From Eledone cirrhosa (taxonomy: Eukaryota), in assembly GCA_964016885.1 (NCBI GenBank), contig OZ024743.1, positions 225,618,001 to 225,682,000 of the forward strand: a stretch of 64,000 nucleotides of DNA, in the 5' to 3' direction. Made by a program: the position numbers and the translations under genes. Below the pieces are notes generated by a model. The model was not told the origin of the DNA. It did no database searches and saw only the letters and a list, made by a program, of their open reading frames with translations. Each line of letters begins with the position of its first letter. Within the stretch, counting starts at the first letter, position 1. Shown here piece after piece: positions 32,336 through 45,750 of this stretch.

Positions 32336-34186
32336 TTAAGTTAAAACCTAATTTAATATAGCAGTTTACATTTTTGTTTTCTTGTGAAATTATGCTCTTT
32401 CCCAGTGATAATGACATTAATAAAGTGAAATATAAGGTGGAAGGGTGGAAGACAGAAAATCTGTTATTGAATTTCAGGAATTATTCAAAATAAGGTATAT
32501 ATTTGTGGATGAATTTTGAATGGATACTTACAAAGTCTGTTACATCAACAAAATATTTTGACTAAATATAAATAAATACATAAAAAAATATGGATAAGCA
32601 AACAAAATAATATAAAAAAGAATATACATGAAGACATTCATCATCATTTTACATCCACTTTCCATGCTTGCATGGGTTGAACAGGTTGTCAAAGACCAAA
32701 ACAAGACAAGTCGGAGGACCACATCTGTCTGATACGTTCCATTTTCCACATACTAGATACTCTTCCTAATCCTTCATAGATGCTCACTTTGCCTGTTGCA
32801 GACTACGCATCAACATGAGATATTCTTCTCCACAAAGTTTGATCACCAAGAGCAGAGTTTAAAGAGCAAAGGTCAAGTCTAGTCCATAAGTTGACATTAT
32901 CAAGCCAGCATTTTGGCTGTTGACCGTTGCTTCTCTTATCGTCTAACTTTTCTTCTAGGCATAACTTACACCATACAGTTTAAGTACTCTGAACTTGATA
33001 ACTGATGTAATTGGTATAAGCTTGGTAATGTTGAGTAGCTCATTGATAGAGATATGGTCTTCCTGATATCTGTGGTTATAAATTTGTATCTGTACTGAAA
33101 CCATATTGGATTTAACTGATAGTGCAAGAAATGAATATCTAAATGCAATTTTATATGTAAGCATGTCTTATTTATGCATTACTCTGTAGAACAATTTAAT
33201 CTCTGAGAAATAGGTAAACATCCAAACTCTGTTTATAAGCCGAGGCAGGTATTCAACATATGTTTAGATTAATCATATTTTACCCATTTCTGACCGTTTT
33301 GATGACCATATTCATTCAAAACATCAAAAACAATAGGAAATATAAATGTCATGTTGAAAGTGAAAGCAGTGTAATATTCTCTTCCTAAGTGAAACAAGTG
33401 CAATATTCACTGCCAAAGTGAAAATATTTTAATACTACATTTACTTAGAATTTTGAATATACCCCTCCCTTTACCATCAATTTTTTTTGTCACATATTTC
33501 TCAGCTTATATACAACTATATACAGTAAATCCCGTACCGTTTCTGTACAGATGTAAATTTGTAGTATATTTCAGCTACTTAGTGTACAAAATAATATACT
33601 ATGGTTAAAATAATTTAAAAAAATCTCATCATTGCATGAATTTAATCTGTGTTGTGTGTGTGAACAGGAACTGATCTCATAATTCTAATCTGGGGTATGC
33701 AAAGGTGGTACTGGAAGGGGGTAGGGACAGTGAGTTCAAATTTTCAATACTTTGTCATAAACATAATGTACACATGCTACTGGGAATCCATTCTTGCTCT
33801 TTTTAACCTGTTTAGGAGGCCCCAAAAAAGTGTGATGGGCAAAGACACATCTAAACTGTTTAGATGTGTCTTTGCACATATAAGCTTGCATATCTGACAA
33901 GATGTCGAAAAAGGGTCAAGCCCCCTCACTTTGATTGTACCCTAACCTGATCGATATTGAAACAATTGTAATATGCAAATAAAGTTTGTACATATGCTGC
34001 AACACTGACTTCAATTTTTTGAAGTCAAAACAAAAAAAGCAGAAATATCTAAGAAAAAAATCCTAAAAATTTGACATCCCAGATCATTGACCACTCCCTG
34101 TGACAGACAAGATAAACAACATTTAGGATTTTTTGCTTATATATTTCTGCTTTTTTGTTTTGACTACATGCCCAGATATGGACTGT

Positions 34187-34282
34187 ACCCCTTGATAAGT
34201 TCAGCTCGATTCCTACCATTTTAATACTGGTGGCTTAGTTCGGATCTAGCTGTCGAAATGGCCAGCGCTCAGCTGTCGGGGT
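34187..34282 (+). ncRNA. Type I hammerhead with U3-A8 core (same family as 7118/8726)
   Basis: ACCCC-TTGATAA-GTTCAGCT...AGCTGTC-GAAA-TGGC..GCT-GTC-GGGGT. Confidence 0.65.
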
Positions 34283-34939
34283 CCTGACTCTTTCCCTATA
34301 TATATATATGTATATATATAGTAGGTGCCCTTTGGTCACAAATGACTATGGTTTTGCACCTAAGAAGTTGCCTTCTGAGGCACAAGTATCTGTTTAATTC
34401 AACCTCTTTTCTACATTTTATCAAAGGCAGAAAATTGACAGAATTGCTAGGATTGTAAATGCCTTGGTATTTGTTCCAGCTCACTGTGCTTTAAGTTCAA
34501 ATCTCATTGAAGTCAACCTTGCCTTTCATCCTTTTGTGGCCGAGAAATAAAGTATAAGTACTGAGGTGGATTTTCCCTCTTTATTACTGTATTTCACTTT
34601 CTCTCCTTCTCTGTAAGAAATCGGTTGTGTTCCAACCTGGAGAGGAATGGGCTCTGTCAGGTCTAAATGCCTAAGATATGTCATATGTCAAGACAGTGCC
34701 CCTATGATTCCAGCATCAGATAAGGGTCATTTCCCTTCATTTACGAATTTCATCAAACCCAGTGGCATGAAAAGAAAAGTCAAACCTTGTGGAATTTTAA
34801 CTCTGAACATAATATTAGGAAGTGTTACCATTAAGGCCAACTAGGTAGCTAACTAGGGTGCACTACCAAACCTTAAAGGATCACAGTTTTATATAAATTT
34901 ATATAATAACTGAAGCATATATTGAGATATTAATTAGAC

Positions 34940-35253
34940 TAAAACCAAGAATTCTGCTGCACCGTCCATACTCACCTGATTTGGCACCATCAGACTTCCA
35001 CCTCTTCAGTCCCATAAAAGAAGCATTGAAAAGCCACCATTATGGAAATGATGAGGAAGTGAAAACTGCTGTCAAGAATTGGCTTTATATGCAGCCAGCA
35101 GAGTTTTACAAAGCTGGGATACAGGTTGAGGTTGAGAAGTAGGTATGAGATTCTCTGATGTACAGCTTCATTGTGATGTATACTACATTTTATTTTGTTC
35201 TTTATTTTTCTTGCAATAAAACAAAAGGCATTACTGTTTGACTGGCCTTCATA
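34940..35253 (+). mobile_element. mariner 3' fragment with terminal repeat
   Basis: HRPYSPDLAPSDFHLF motif; ends ttactgtttgactggccttcaTA. Confidence 0.8.
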
Positions 35254-36328
35254 AATTAAATATATAATTTTCTGTGATAAGCACATTATCACTAAACAGC
35301 TTTGCTGTGTAGTAGTGTTGAGGAAATATTCAATGTAGTTTTGGGCTGGGTGAGTGTTGACTGTGTAGTGGAACATGCAGGTTTAGTAATTTTGTTCATC
35401 TTGTCAGAACAAGAAGTGTCAAAAACTAAGTTTGTCAGTTCACCAAGTTCTAAGTTGAAATGGGAGAATGGGGGTGTACATTGTAGAGCTAGCCTAAGAT
35501 GCTAAATACCCAGGCAGTGGTTCTGCTAATTCAGATAACTTACTTATTGAATTCAATGTCTCCTCACCCACAACATAATCTTCAGTCAGAACACTGTGTG
35601 TGGCAAAGCTGGTCATTTGAGTAATAGATACAGTCTATCAGACTCACTTCAACACAGTTTCTATCTATACAATTTCCCTCACACCCATTGTACTTCAGTT
35701 TATATAAAGTGAATGAAATTGTAACAGAAGTAGACCCTAGAATGACGAAACACAGTCAAACTCGGTGGGATTTGAACTCAGAAAATAAAAAGTTGTATCT
35801 AATTCTGCTAGTCAATTCCACGCCACACTAATCATATATATTAATTGTTTCTACTTTAGGCACAAGGCCAGCAATTACCCAGTGCATTACTGGTACTTTA
35901 TTTTATCGACCCCGTAAGGATGAAAGGCAAAGTCAACCTCGGCGGGATTTGAACTCAGATCGTAAAGGGACGTAACTATGCTGGAAAGCATGGCGTCCGA
36001 CCCTCTACCGATACTGCCAATCCACCACCGCCTCATATATATTAATGATGTATAAGCAGTTGCGCGCGCGCGCGCGTGTGTGTGTGTGTTCAAATTTCTG
36101 TTTACATTTGTGTCTGTGTAACTTATAGGTTTGACAAAGAAGAGAGCGATAAAATGAGTTCCAGACTTGAAAAAAGAGATACTGGGGTCGAATGATCGAC
36201 TAAATCAATGTGGTGTTCCAACATGGCTGTAGCCCAGAAACCAGTAAACGGGATTGATCTAGGGCTAGAACACAACAACAACGATCGATAACATCAGCAA
36301 GAAGGAAAAAAAAAACAATTAAACTTAC

Positions 36329-36379
36329 ATATTCTCCAGAATCACAACCGAAGAGTGACCTGCGTACTGAACCAACCAT
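36329..36379 (-). CDS. Candidate first coding exon of the TMEM272-like gene
   Basis: AAAATG start, MVGSVRRSLFGCDSGEY, then a GTAAGT donor in phase 0 that matches the 20048 acceptor. The five exons join to a 212-aa ORF. Confidence 0.5.
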
Positions 36380-36619
36380 TTTCCCAGAACAAACATTCGA
36401 GAAAAACCACTAGTGGAGAGTTCGAATTCGTCTTTGATTGTTCCGGCTTTAGAGGTCATTCAACAACAATTATGTCAGTCATTATTATTATTATTCCGAC
36501 ACGGTTAGCTTTGCCTTTCATCATTCCAGGGTTGATAAATTAAAGTACCAATAACGCACTGAGGTTGATTTCCTCAACTTTCCCCTTCTCTTCAAAATTG
36601 CTGGTCTTGTGCCAAATGT

Positions 36620-36870
36620 AGTGGACGCCACGGTAAGTGTAAGGGTCACTGCTTCCGTGTCCGAACGAAATAAAATCCTAAAATACCGGTAATTATCAAA
36701 TAACTATTCTTTTCAGCCTGTGGCATTCCAGACGTTTGGTGGAGCTGAACCACAGACAACGAAGTTCTTGTCATCATTAGCAGCTCGCTTTACCGAGGTA
36801 TTAAGTGATGTACGTGAGGCTGCTTGGTTGTTTCAGCGCCTTAGTCTCGCCTTCACCTGCGAGCGTTTTG
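36620..36870 (+). mobile_element. CRE/R2-like RLE non-LTR 3' fragment
   Basis: ERNKILKY...FQPVAFQTFGG...FLSSLA...DVREAAWLFQRLSLA. Confidence 0.7.
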
Positions 36871-37788
36871 GTTTGCCTCAAAAGTTTACGCTGATCCTTG
36901 TGGTGTGTGGCCGATTGACGCACTTAATGTTGAATTAATGTTTTTTTTCTCTCGCTTTCTTTATATGTTTGTGTATTATAATAAGGTTCCTAGCAATAAT
37001 TAATTGTATATATTATTTGTATTTCTATTTTCATTCTGAAAGAATTATAAACAATTTATAACGTTATTTATACAACTGTGAATAAAATTCCCAGTATTTT
37101 CCTATTAACCATTTCGTTAACTTAATGTGGACTGAAGTAAAACAGTGTTAACAATTTCTAAGAAAAAAACATGATTACTATCATATTTATAGTTGGTTGG
37201 TAGAGATAGTGTGGTGGTAAACACAGCGTTATCTGTTGTATATGTATATGTGTGATTTTATATATTGACAAGGTGACGAGTCGATCATAACAGCTTTCCC
37301 ATCTGGGTCACACATCTGCTATGTTTACACAGTCACAAGTGTCTGTCTGTATGTATACACACACACACGTATGTGTGTGTGTGTGGTGATAGAGAGATAG
37401 GAAGTTATATATCTTTAATATGCGCTTGAGTTAGAATATTCGCTTCACAACCATGTAGCTCTGGTTTCAGTCCTACTGTGTACACCTTAGGCTATTCAAC
37501 CTATTACCTCGGGTTGACTAACTGGTGCCTTGTTAGTGAAATTTAGTCGACGCAAGTTGCTTAAGCCACCGCCTGTGTGTGTGTGTGTAGTTAAAAAATG
37601 TCAACACAAACAAATGTATGTGTGTGTGTGTTAAAAGATGTAAATACAAACACAGGTGTGTGCGAGTGGTTAGGTTTCGGAATTAGCGGATAGCAACCCC
37701 CCCACAAAAAAAAAAAAACCATTAAATAATTTCCGGGTTTGAGAAAGTACGTACTTTGGCCGATATGATCGATTATAATCCTCTTTAA

Positions 37789-38430
37789 AGGATGTGGTTG
37801 CAATCTAATGGCTAGAGCTGGTTAGGTAATGTAGAGCCGTAAGGATGTGGTTGCAATCTAATGGCTAGAGCTGGTTAGATAATGTAGAGCCGTAAGGATG
37901 TGGTTGCAATCTAATGACTAGAGCTGGTAAGATAATGTATAATCGATAAACAACAATACACATAAAAAGTTACAAAAATGTCGAACTAGACAACAAGTGT
38001 AATATCAAAAAGAAAGGATTGGTCCGGATGTTTGCAACTTTTAAAGTCTAGTAATGACTTGTTGATTTTTATAGTTTTGCACACACACACGCACACATAG
38101 TAGTAGTAGTAGTAGACTACCACGTGTGTGTGTGTGTGCAAAACTATAAAAATCAACAAGTCATTACTAGACTTTAAAAGTTGCAAACATCCGGACCAAT
38201 CCTTTCTTTTTGATATTACACTTGTTGTCTAGTTCGACATTTTTGTAACTTTTTATGTGTATTGTTGTTTATCGATTATACATTATCTTACCAGCTCTAG
38301 CCATTAGATTGCAACCACATCCTTACGGCTCTACATTACCTAACCAGCTCTAGCCATTAGATTGCAACCACATCCTTACGGCTCTACATTATCTAACCAG
38401 CTCCAGTCATTAGATTGCGACCACATCCTT
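37789..38430. repeat. Large near-perfect palindrome (arms about 300 bp, centre about 38110)
   Basis: 37789-38091 is the reverse complement of 38124-38430. Confidence 0.9.
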
Positions 38431-40260
38431 ACGGCTCTACATTATCTAACCAGCTCCAGTCATTAGATTGCGACCACATCCTTACGGCTCTACATTATCT
38501 AACCAGCTCCAGTCATTAGATTGCGACCACATCCTTACGGCTCTACATTATCTAACCAGCTCCAGTCATTAGATTGCAACCACATCCTTACGGCTCTACA
38601 TTACCTAACCAGCTCCAGTCATTAGATTGCTACCACATCCTTACGGCTCTACATTATCTAACCAGCTCTAGCCATTAGATTGCGACCACATCCTTACGGC
38701 TCTACATTATCTAACCAGCTCCAGTCATTAGATTGCGACCACATCCTTACGGCTCTACATTATCTAACCAGCTCCAGTCATTAGATTGCGACCACATCCT
38801 TACGGCTCTACATTATCTAACCAGCTCCAGTCATTAGATTGCTACCACATCCTTACGGCTCTACATTATCTAACCAGCTCTAGTCATTAGATTGCTACCA
38901 CATCCTTACGGCTCTACATTATCTAACCAGCTCTAGCCATTAGATTGCGACCACATCCTTACGGCTCTACATTATCTAACCAGCTCTAGCCATTAGATTG
39001 CGACCACATCCTTACGGCTCTACATTATCTAACCAGCTCCAGTCATTAGATTGCGACCACATCCTTACGGCTCTACATTACCTAACCAGCTCCAGTCATT
39101 AGATTGCTACCACATCCTTACGGCTCTACATTACCTAACCAGCTCTAGTCATTAGATTGCGACCACATCCTTACGGCTCTACATTACCTAACCAGCTCTA
39201 GTCATTAGATTGCGACCACATCCTTACGGCTCTACATTACCTAACCAGCTCTAGTCATTAGATTGCGACCACATCCTTACGGCTCTACATTACCTAACCA
39301 GCTCTAGTCATTAGATTGCGACCACATCCTTACGGCTCTACATTACCTAACCAGCTCTAGTCATTAGATTGCGACCACATCCTTACGGCTCTACATTATC
39401 TAACCAGCTCCAGTCATTAGATTGCGACCACATCCTTACGGCTCTACATTATCTAACCAGCTCTAGTCATTAGATTGCAACCACATCCTTACGGCTCTAC
39501 ATTACCTAACCAGCTCTAGCCATTAGATTGCTACCACATCCTTACGGCTCTACATTACCTAACCAGCTCTAGCCATTAGATTGCGACCACATCCTTACGG
39601 CTCTACATTATCTAACCAGCTCCAGTCATTGGATTGCGACCACATCCTTACGGCTCTACATTATCTAACCAGCTCCAGTCATTGGATTGCGACCACATCC
39701 TTACGGCTCTACATTATCTAACCAGCTCCAGTCATTAGATTGCGACCACATCCTTACGGCTCTACATTATCTAACCAGCTCCAGTCATTGGATTGCGACC
39801 ACATCCTTACGGCTCTACATTACCTAACCAGCTCTAGTTATTAGATTGTGACCACATCCTTACGGCTCTACATTACCTAACCAGCTCCAGTCATTAGATT
39901 GCGACCACATCCTTACGGCTCTACATTATCTAACCAGCTCCAGTCATTGGATTGCGACCACATCCTTACGGCTCTACATTATCTAACCAGCTCCAGTCAT
40001 TAGATTGCGACCACATCCTTACGGCTCTACATTATCTAACCAGCTCTAGCCATTAGATTGCGACCACATCCTTACGGCTCTACATTATCTAACCAGCTCC
40101 AGTCATTGGATTGCGACCACATCCTTACGGCTCTACATTACCTAACCAGCTCTAGTTATTAGATTGTGACCACATCCTTACGGCTTTACATTACCTAACC
40201 AGCTCTAGTCATTAGATTGCGACCACATCCTTACGGCTCTACATTATCTAACCGGCTCTA
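38281..40260. repeat. 53-bp tandem minisatellite (about 37 copies)
   Basis: Unit cacatccttacggctctacattatctaaccagctccagtcattagattgcgac. Confidence 0.97.
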
Positions 40261-40936
40261 ATAGTAGTGGTGGTGGTACTACTACTATTACTAGCAGTAG
40301 TAGTAGTAGTCACAAGGGCGGTGTATTGGCTGTGTCGGTAGAGAGTCGGACGCGATGCTTTGCAGCACAGAGTTACGGTTCTTTACAGTCTGAGTTCAAA
40401 TCCCGCCGAGGTTAACTTTGACTTTCATCTTTACGGGGTCAATAAAATAAAGCACCAGTGACGTACTGGGTCGATTTAATCGACTTTCCCCTCCCCCAAA
40501 TTACTGACCTTGTGCCTATACTAGAAATCATTATTAGTCATAACAAAGGCGTTGGATTAGCAGCATCGGTAAAACTTCTAGCAACATGCTTTGCGACATA
40601 GAGTTACGTCCCTTTACGTTCTGATTTCAAATCTCAGTAATGCCCAGTAATGCACTGGAGTCGATTTAATTGACTTTCGCCTCCACTTTTAATTGCTTGG
40701 CTTGTGTCTAAAGTAGAAACAATTATTAGTTACAACATAAATTTTATTTTACACAAAGAAAAACCCACACTGTATTAACGACATTTATTGATTCTTAAAG
40801 GAGCATAAATTGCTTATGGTGCTTAACTTTGCCTTTCATCCTTACGGGGTCGATAAAATAAAGTACCAGTAATGCACTGAGTAATTGCTGGCCTTGTGCC
40901 AAAAAGTAGAAACAATTATCAAATATCAACCAATAT

Positions 40937-40973
<37 letters not shown>

Positions 40974-41161
40974 TTCGATATGCGATTAACATAACATGTA
41001 CATAAATTGTAGCGCATATACAAATAGAATGGGGTGAAAAATATATATTTTTTTTGGAGGGGGGGCGGGGTCTCCTGCCCCTCTCCCTCAGTCCCACCGC
41101 CCCAGTTATTAGCTACCATGTTCAACCCCAATTCATGACATTTTGGGCAAGTGTCATATAC

Positions 41162-41318
41162 CATATCCTCGGATCAACCCATGTCTTATGAATGGAATTA
41201 GGTATACGGAAACTGTTTGGAAGTCTTTCGAATGGTCTGTACATGTAATTCATAGAGCCAGCTTTGTCACATACTGTATGACGTTGAATCACAATTTGTA
41301 TCAGTGACACACCCATGT
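41162..41318 (-). CDS. Putative exon of an unidentified gene
   Basis: attttatttcag acceptor; open phase-1 frame MGVSLIQIVIQRHTVCDKAGSMNY...WVDPRI; non-repetitive sequence. The donor (GTATAT) is weak. Confidence 0.4.
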
Positions 41319-41390
41319 CTGAAATAAAATATTTAGTACAGGGGATCATTGACGGGAAGAAGTTTGCAAAATACGATTCTAACTGACGTA

Positions 41391-41980
41391 CAGGGTGGTC
41401 CGAAAGTCTTGTCACCCTACATATTGCTTTAACTTTCATTATTTCCCGCCGAGGTTAACTTTGCCTTTCATCCTTACGGGGTCGATAAAATAAAGTACCA
41501 GTAATACACTGAGATAATTGCTAGCCTTGTGCCCAAAGTAGAAACAATTATTTTTCGTTTTAATAATATATAATATCATTAATTAGAATATATAAATGGC
41601 CCGAGTGAATGAGCCAACTCAGAGTATGTGCCTGTAAATTTAAGGTGGAAAACTGGGAGAGGGCACTTGCCCTGGTGGTCAGGGCCACCGTGGCTTTTTT
41701 AATGGGCTTTCTCCACGAATGTCTCTCGGAAGTCTCCCCCCTATTGGGGAATTTTTCATTGTTTCTTTTTTTGTTACATTCTCTGTATTTTTATTTTTTT
41801 TTACACGCAGAAATGCCCATTTGTACCGTCCTGAATGTCTTACTTTGTGTAAACCCTTGTGGTTAATAAAGAAAGCATTAATTAGAATATATAATAATAA
41901 TATAATTTCCTCATAATATATAATAATAATAATATAATTTTCTTTTTGGTAGAGGGTGACAAGACTTTTGGACCACCCAG
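41391..41980. mobile_element. Tc1/mariner-type MITE
   Basis: 28-bp TIR CAGGGTGGTCCGAAAGTCTTGTCACCCT / AGGGTGACAAGACTTTTGGACCACCCAG with TA on both sides. Confidence 0.85.
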
Positions 41981-42967
41981 TAGAATCGAGAAAATTAACC
42001 TAAGATCACATCGGTTAATATGCTAATATCATGGAATATATCAAACTATCCAATACGTCAGCGTAACAGGAAGATTTGATGATGGGCGAAACCATTTACT
42101 TAATGTGTCCAAAGGCATAGTGAGTCCATTCTAGAATACTCTCCGATTACGTCTAAACAAGTTAATATTAACTTAACTATTGTTTTTCGTGAGGATGGTG
42201 CCTCCGAATAATAAACATCAATAATATATATATATAAAAAAAAAAAAGAGTTTATCGATATAGTAAGTTAAATTAAAAGAGTTTATCGATATAGTAAGTT
42301 AAATTAAAAGAGTTTATCGATATAGTAAGAAGACTAATCATGTGATAGATTATTTTCGATAAACAATGAATAATTTTGATAAAATAATTCGATGGACTTT
42401 CGCAAGTACACAGTGAATTCAACAAATTATCAAATAGATTGCACGAGAAATTTAAGGTAGACACATAATAATTAAAAATATAAATTAAAACGTGTATACG
42501 CACCTCTAATCCTTTTGGATTTGTACGTCTGTGATAGATATATAGTTATAGAGGTGCGTATACACGTTTTAATTTATATTTTAAATTATTATGTGTCTAC
42601 CTTACCTTCCGTAGTTTATAGATTCCATACACTGGTGGTCTCCCTGTTTTTTGTTCGCACACACACACTCTCTCTAGTGTGTTATCCTTTCTACATATTG
42701 TAATTTGAAGAGCTCGGGATTCCTTTTCCTTTGAGCACATAATTTACAGGGAATAACACAAGTCTATGACTCCGTTGATATTTTGATATGGTGAGTTTTA
42801 TTGTAGCACAATAAAGCAATGCAAATATCGGATAAGTAGCACTCAGCAGTGTATAGGACTGGACTGGAGTATAAATAGTATAAAATCAAAAGATGGTTAA
42901 AAGAGTTCCATGTATTTTATTATGCGCATAATAACATACATGGAACTCTTTTAACCATCTTTGATTT

Positions 42968-43009
<42 letters not shown>

Positions 43010-43026
43010 AAATCAAAGATTCGAAA

Positions 43027-44330
43027 TCTGCCGCTCATTTCGAATTTTGTTTATCGTGAACTCGTGCGCCGATTTTTCGATACTCGATCTTTCTAATATT
43101 TTTAGCTCTGGACATAGCTATCCACCAGTTAATTTTATTGCTCATTTTTTGTCGATTCTATTGAGTGATGAATAGCTTTTGTTTTATTTTAACATGTCTA
43201 TTGAGCACTCTTATTCGATATGTGTATTTCCACATTCCCTCGAATAGTTTTCGCGGATATAGAGGTTATCTCCCTTGTCTAATGCCATGTGCGTTTTTCA
43301 CTGGTAGTTAGCCCCTTTTCCGCTAGGAAAAAAGCTCGTTGAGAAAGTAAACTCCGTTCCTCTTACTCTAGTAGGCTTTTATATTTATATGTGAGCTGAT
43401 AGAGTACAGTCTAAGGATTTACAGAAACCCATGAAGCTAGATTTAACACCTTTCTAGTGGGTCCGGGTATGATTTTACATTCATTTAAATTATTGATGTA
43501 TTGTTTTATTGATATTTTTTATCTGTTTGTCCCGAATCTTCTATTATCGATTTTTTATCGTATGGTTGATTGTAGACTTGTTCTATATGTGACGGTATTT
43601 TAACGATAGTTATAGCTCTGATTCATCTGAATTATTGAGCCCTCTGCCGCTCATTTCGAATTTTGTTTATCGTGAACTCGTGCGCCGATTTTTCGATACT
43701 CGATCTTTCTAATATTTTTAGCTCTGGACATAGCTATCCACCAGTTAATTTTATTGCTCATTTTTTGTCGATTCTATTGAGTGATGAATAGCTTTTGTTT
43801 TATTTTAACATGTCTATTGAGCACTCTTATTCGATATGTGTATTTCCACATTCCCTCGAATAGTTTTCGCGGATATAGAGGTTATCTCCCTTGTCTAATG
43901 CCATGTGCGTTTTTCACTGGTAGTTAGCCCCTTTTCCGCTAGGAAAAAAGCTCGTTGAGAAAGTAAACTCCGTTCCTCTTACTCTAGTAGGCTTTTATAT
44001 TTATATGTGAGCTGATAGAGTACAGTCTAAGGATTTACAGAAACCCATGAAGCTAGATTTAACACCTTTCTAGTGGGTCCGGGTATGATTTTACATTCAT
44101 TTAAATTATTGATGTATTGTTTTATTGATATTTTTTATCTGTTTGTCCCGAATCTTCTATTATCGATTTTTTATCGTATGGTTGATTGTAGACTTGTTCT
44201 ATATGTGACGGTATTTTAACGATAGTTATAGCTCTGATTCATCTGAATTATTGAGCCCTCTGCCGCTCATTTCGAATTTTGTTTATCGTGAACTCGTGCG
44301 CCGATTTTTCGATACTCGATCTTTCTAATA
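43027..44330 (+). repeat. 616-bp tandem repeat (about 2.1 copies) carrying a hammerhead per unit
   Basis: tctgccgctcatttcg recurs at 43027, 43643 and 44259; the repeat ends in (TA)n. Confidence 0.92.
43334..43468 (+). ncRNA. Extended type I hammerhead with U3-A8 core (second copy at 43950-44084)
   Basis: Stem I GCTCG/CGGGT; core TTGAGAA; stem II GTAAACTCC..TACTCTA../..TAGAGTA..GGATTTAC; GAAA; stem III CCCA..CTAGA/TCTAG..TGG; triplet GUC. Confidence 0.72.
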
Positions 44331-44597
44331 TATATATATATATATAGTTCTATTTACACAGGCAGTTACGTGTGGTTAAAAGAGTTCGCTATAGGTGCAG
44401 GCATGGCTGTGTGTTTATGTAGTTCACTATAGGTGAAGGCATAGTTCTGTGGTTAAAAGAGTTTGCTTCGCAATTACATGATTTTGATGTTCAGCCATAG
44501 TGCACGGCACCTTTGTCAAGTGTATTTTACAACAGCCCGCATTGATCAAATTCTACTCATAGTAGAATTGGATAGACTGGAAGTGCATAAACCCGTC

Positions 44598-44659
<62 letters not shown>

Positions 44660-44662
<3 letters not shown>

Positions 44663-45014
44663 TTAAAACAATGAAATAAAAAATCAAGTCATTAGAGATA
44701 TACTTCACTGCTTTACGATCGTTTCTAGGTGATGATAATACATTGTAGCTATACTCCGTTATTGATCTATGTAAGGTTAGTTACAAAATATCAGATAAAG
44801 AGAATATTTACTTACATGCATATCACCAGCTGTTTTCAAAAGCTGGTGATATGCATGTAAGTAAATATTCTCTTTATCTGATATTTTGTAACTAACCTTA
44901 CATAGATCAATAACGGAGTATAGCTACAATGTATTATCATCACCTAGAAACGATCGTAAAGCAATGAAGTATATCTCTAATGACTTGATTTTTTATTTCA
45001 TTGTTTTAACTTAT
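44660..45014. repeat. Fold-back palindrome (about 170-bp arms) containing a variant hammerhead at 44710-44843(-)
   Basis: Arms are near-identical reverse complements. The minus strand reads GCTT-TTGAAAA-CAGCTGGTGAT...ATCACCTA-GAAAC-GATC-GTA-AAGC. Confidence 0.8.
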
Positions 45015-45145
45015 ATCATGACTCTGTTTTCCTTTTAATGTTTTATTGTTTTCTGGGATTTATCTTAATCTACAACATTTTCAACATATGGATTACATCG
45101 AGTTCTTCATGCGGAATAGACCCCACAACTTACTGTGGATACCTC

Positions 45146-45195
<50 letters not shown>

Positions 45196-45231
45196 CATGT
45201 TCTGTGCGCTCCCTATTTTGAATATATATAT

Positions 45232-45750
45232 AAATGGAAAAAATGAAATTTCATTTCTCAATCTTAGTACGGCTGATACTTAAATATAAGTATGTATACG
45301 TACATACATATATGTATACAGACGTACAGTAGTATGTATATACATACACACATATATATATATATGTACGTATGTGTTTACGGAACATTTATTATAATGC
45401 TCGGTTTGTTTGTAAACAAAGAGCCCGAATTATTAGCCGTACAGTGTTCGGCACCCATCGTTGCCATTTTGTTCAACACTGACAAAGGAACGATGAACTA
45501 GTTTCTAGCTTAGCTGTCATCAGCACCGTATACCTTCCTGTCAGTTGATTGAACGTTTGAACGTATATACTTTCCTTATGCATATTAACGGCTGAGCAGC
45601 ATAATTTGCATATCGAGTGAGTTAGTCGGCCGGGCGTACCGAAAACGATAAATGGAAAAAATGAAATTTCACTTCTCACTCTTAGTATGGCTGATACTTA
45701 AATATAAGTATGTATACATACATATATGTATACAGACGTACAGTAGTATG

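Noticed and set aside
38281-40260. CRISPR-like appearance of the 53-bp array
   Set aside because: There are no unique spacers and no cas genes, and the context is eukaryotic.
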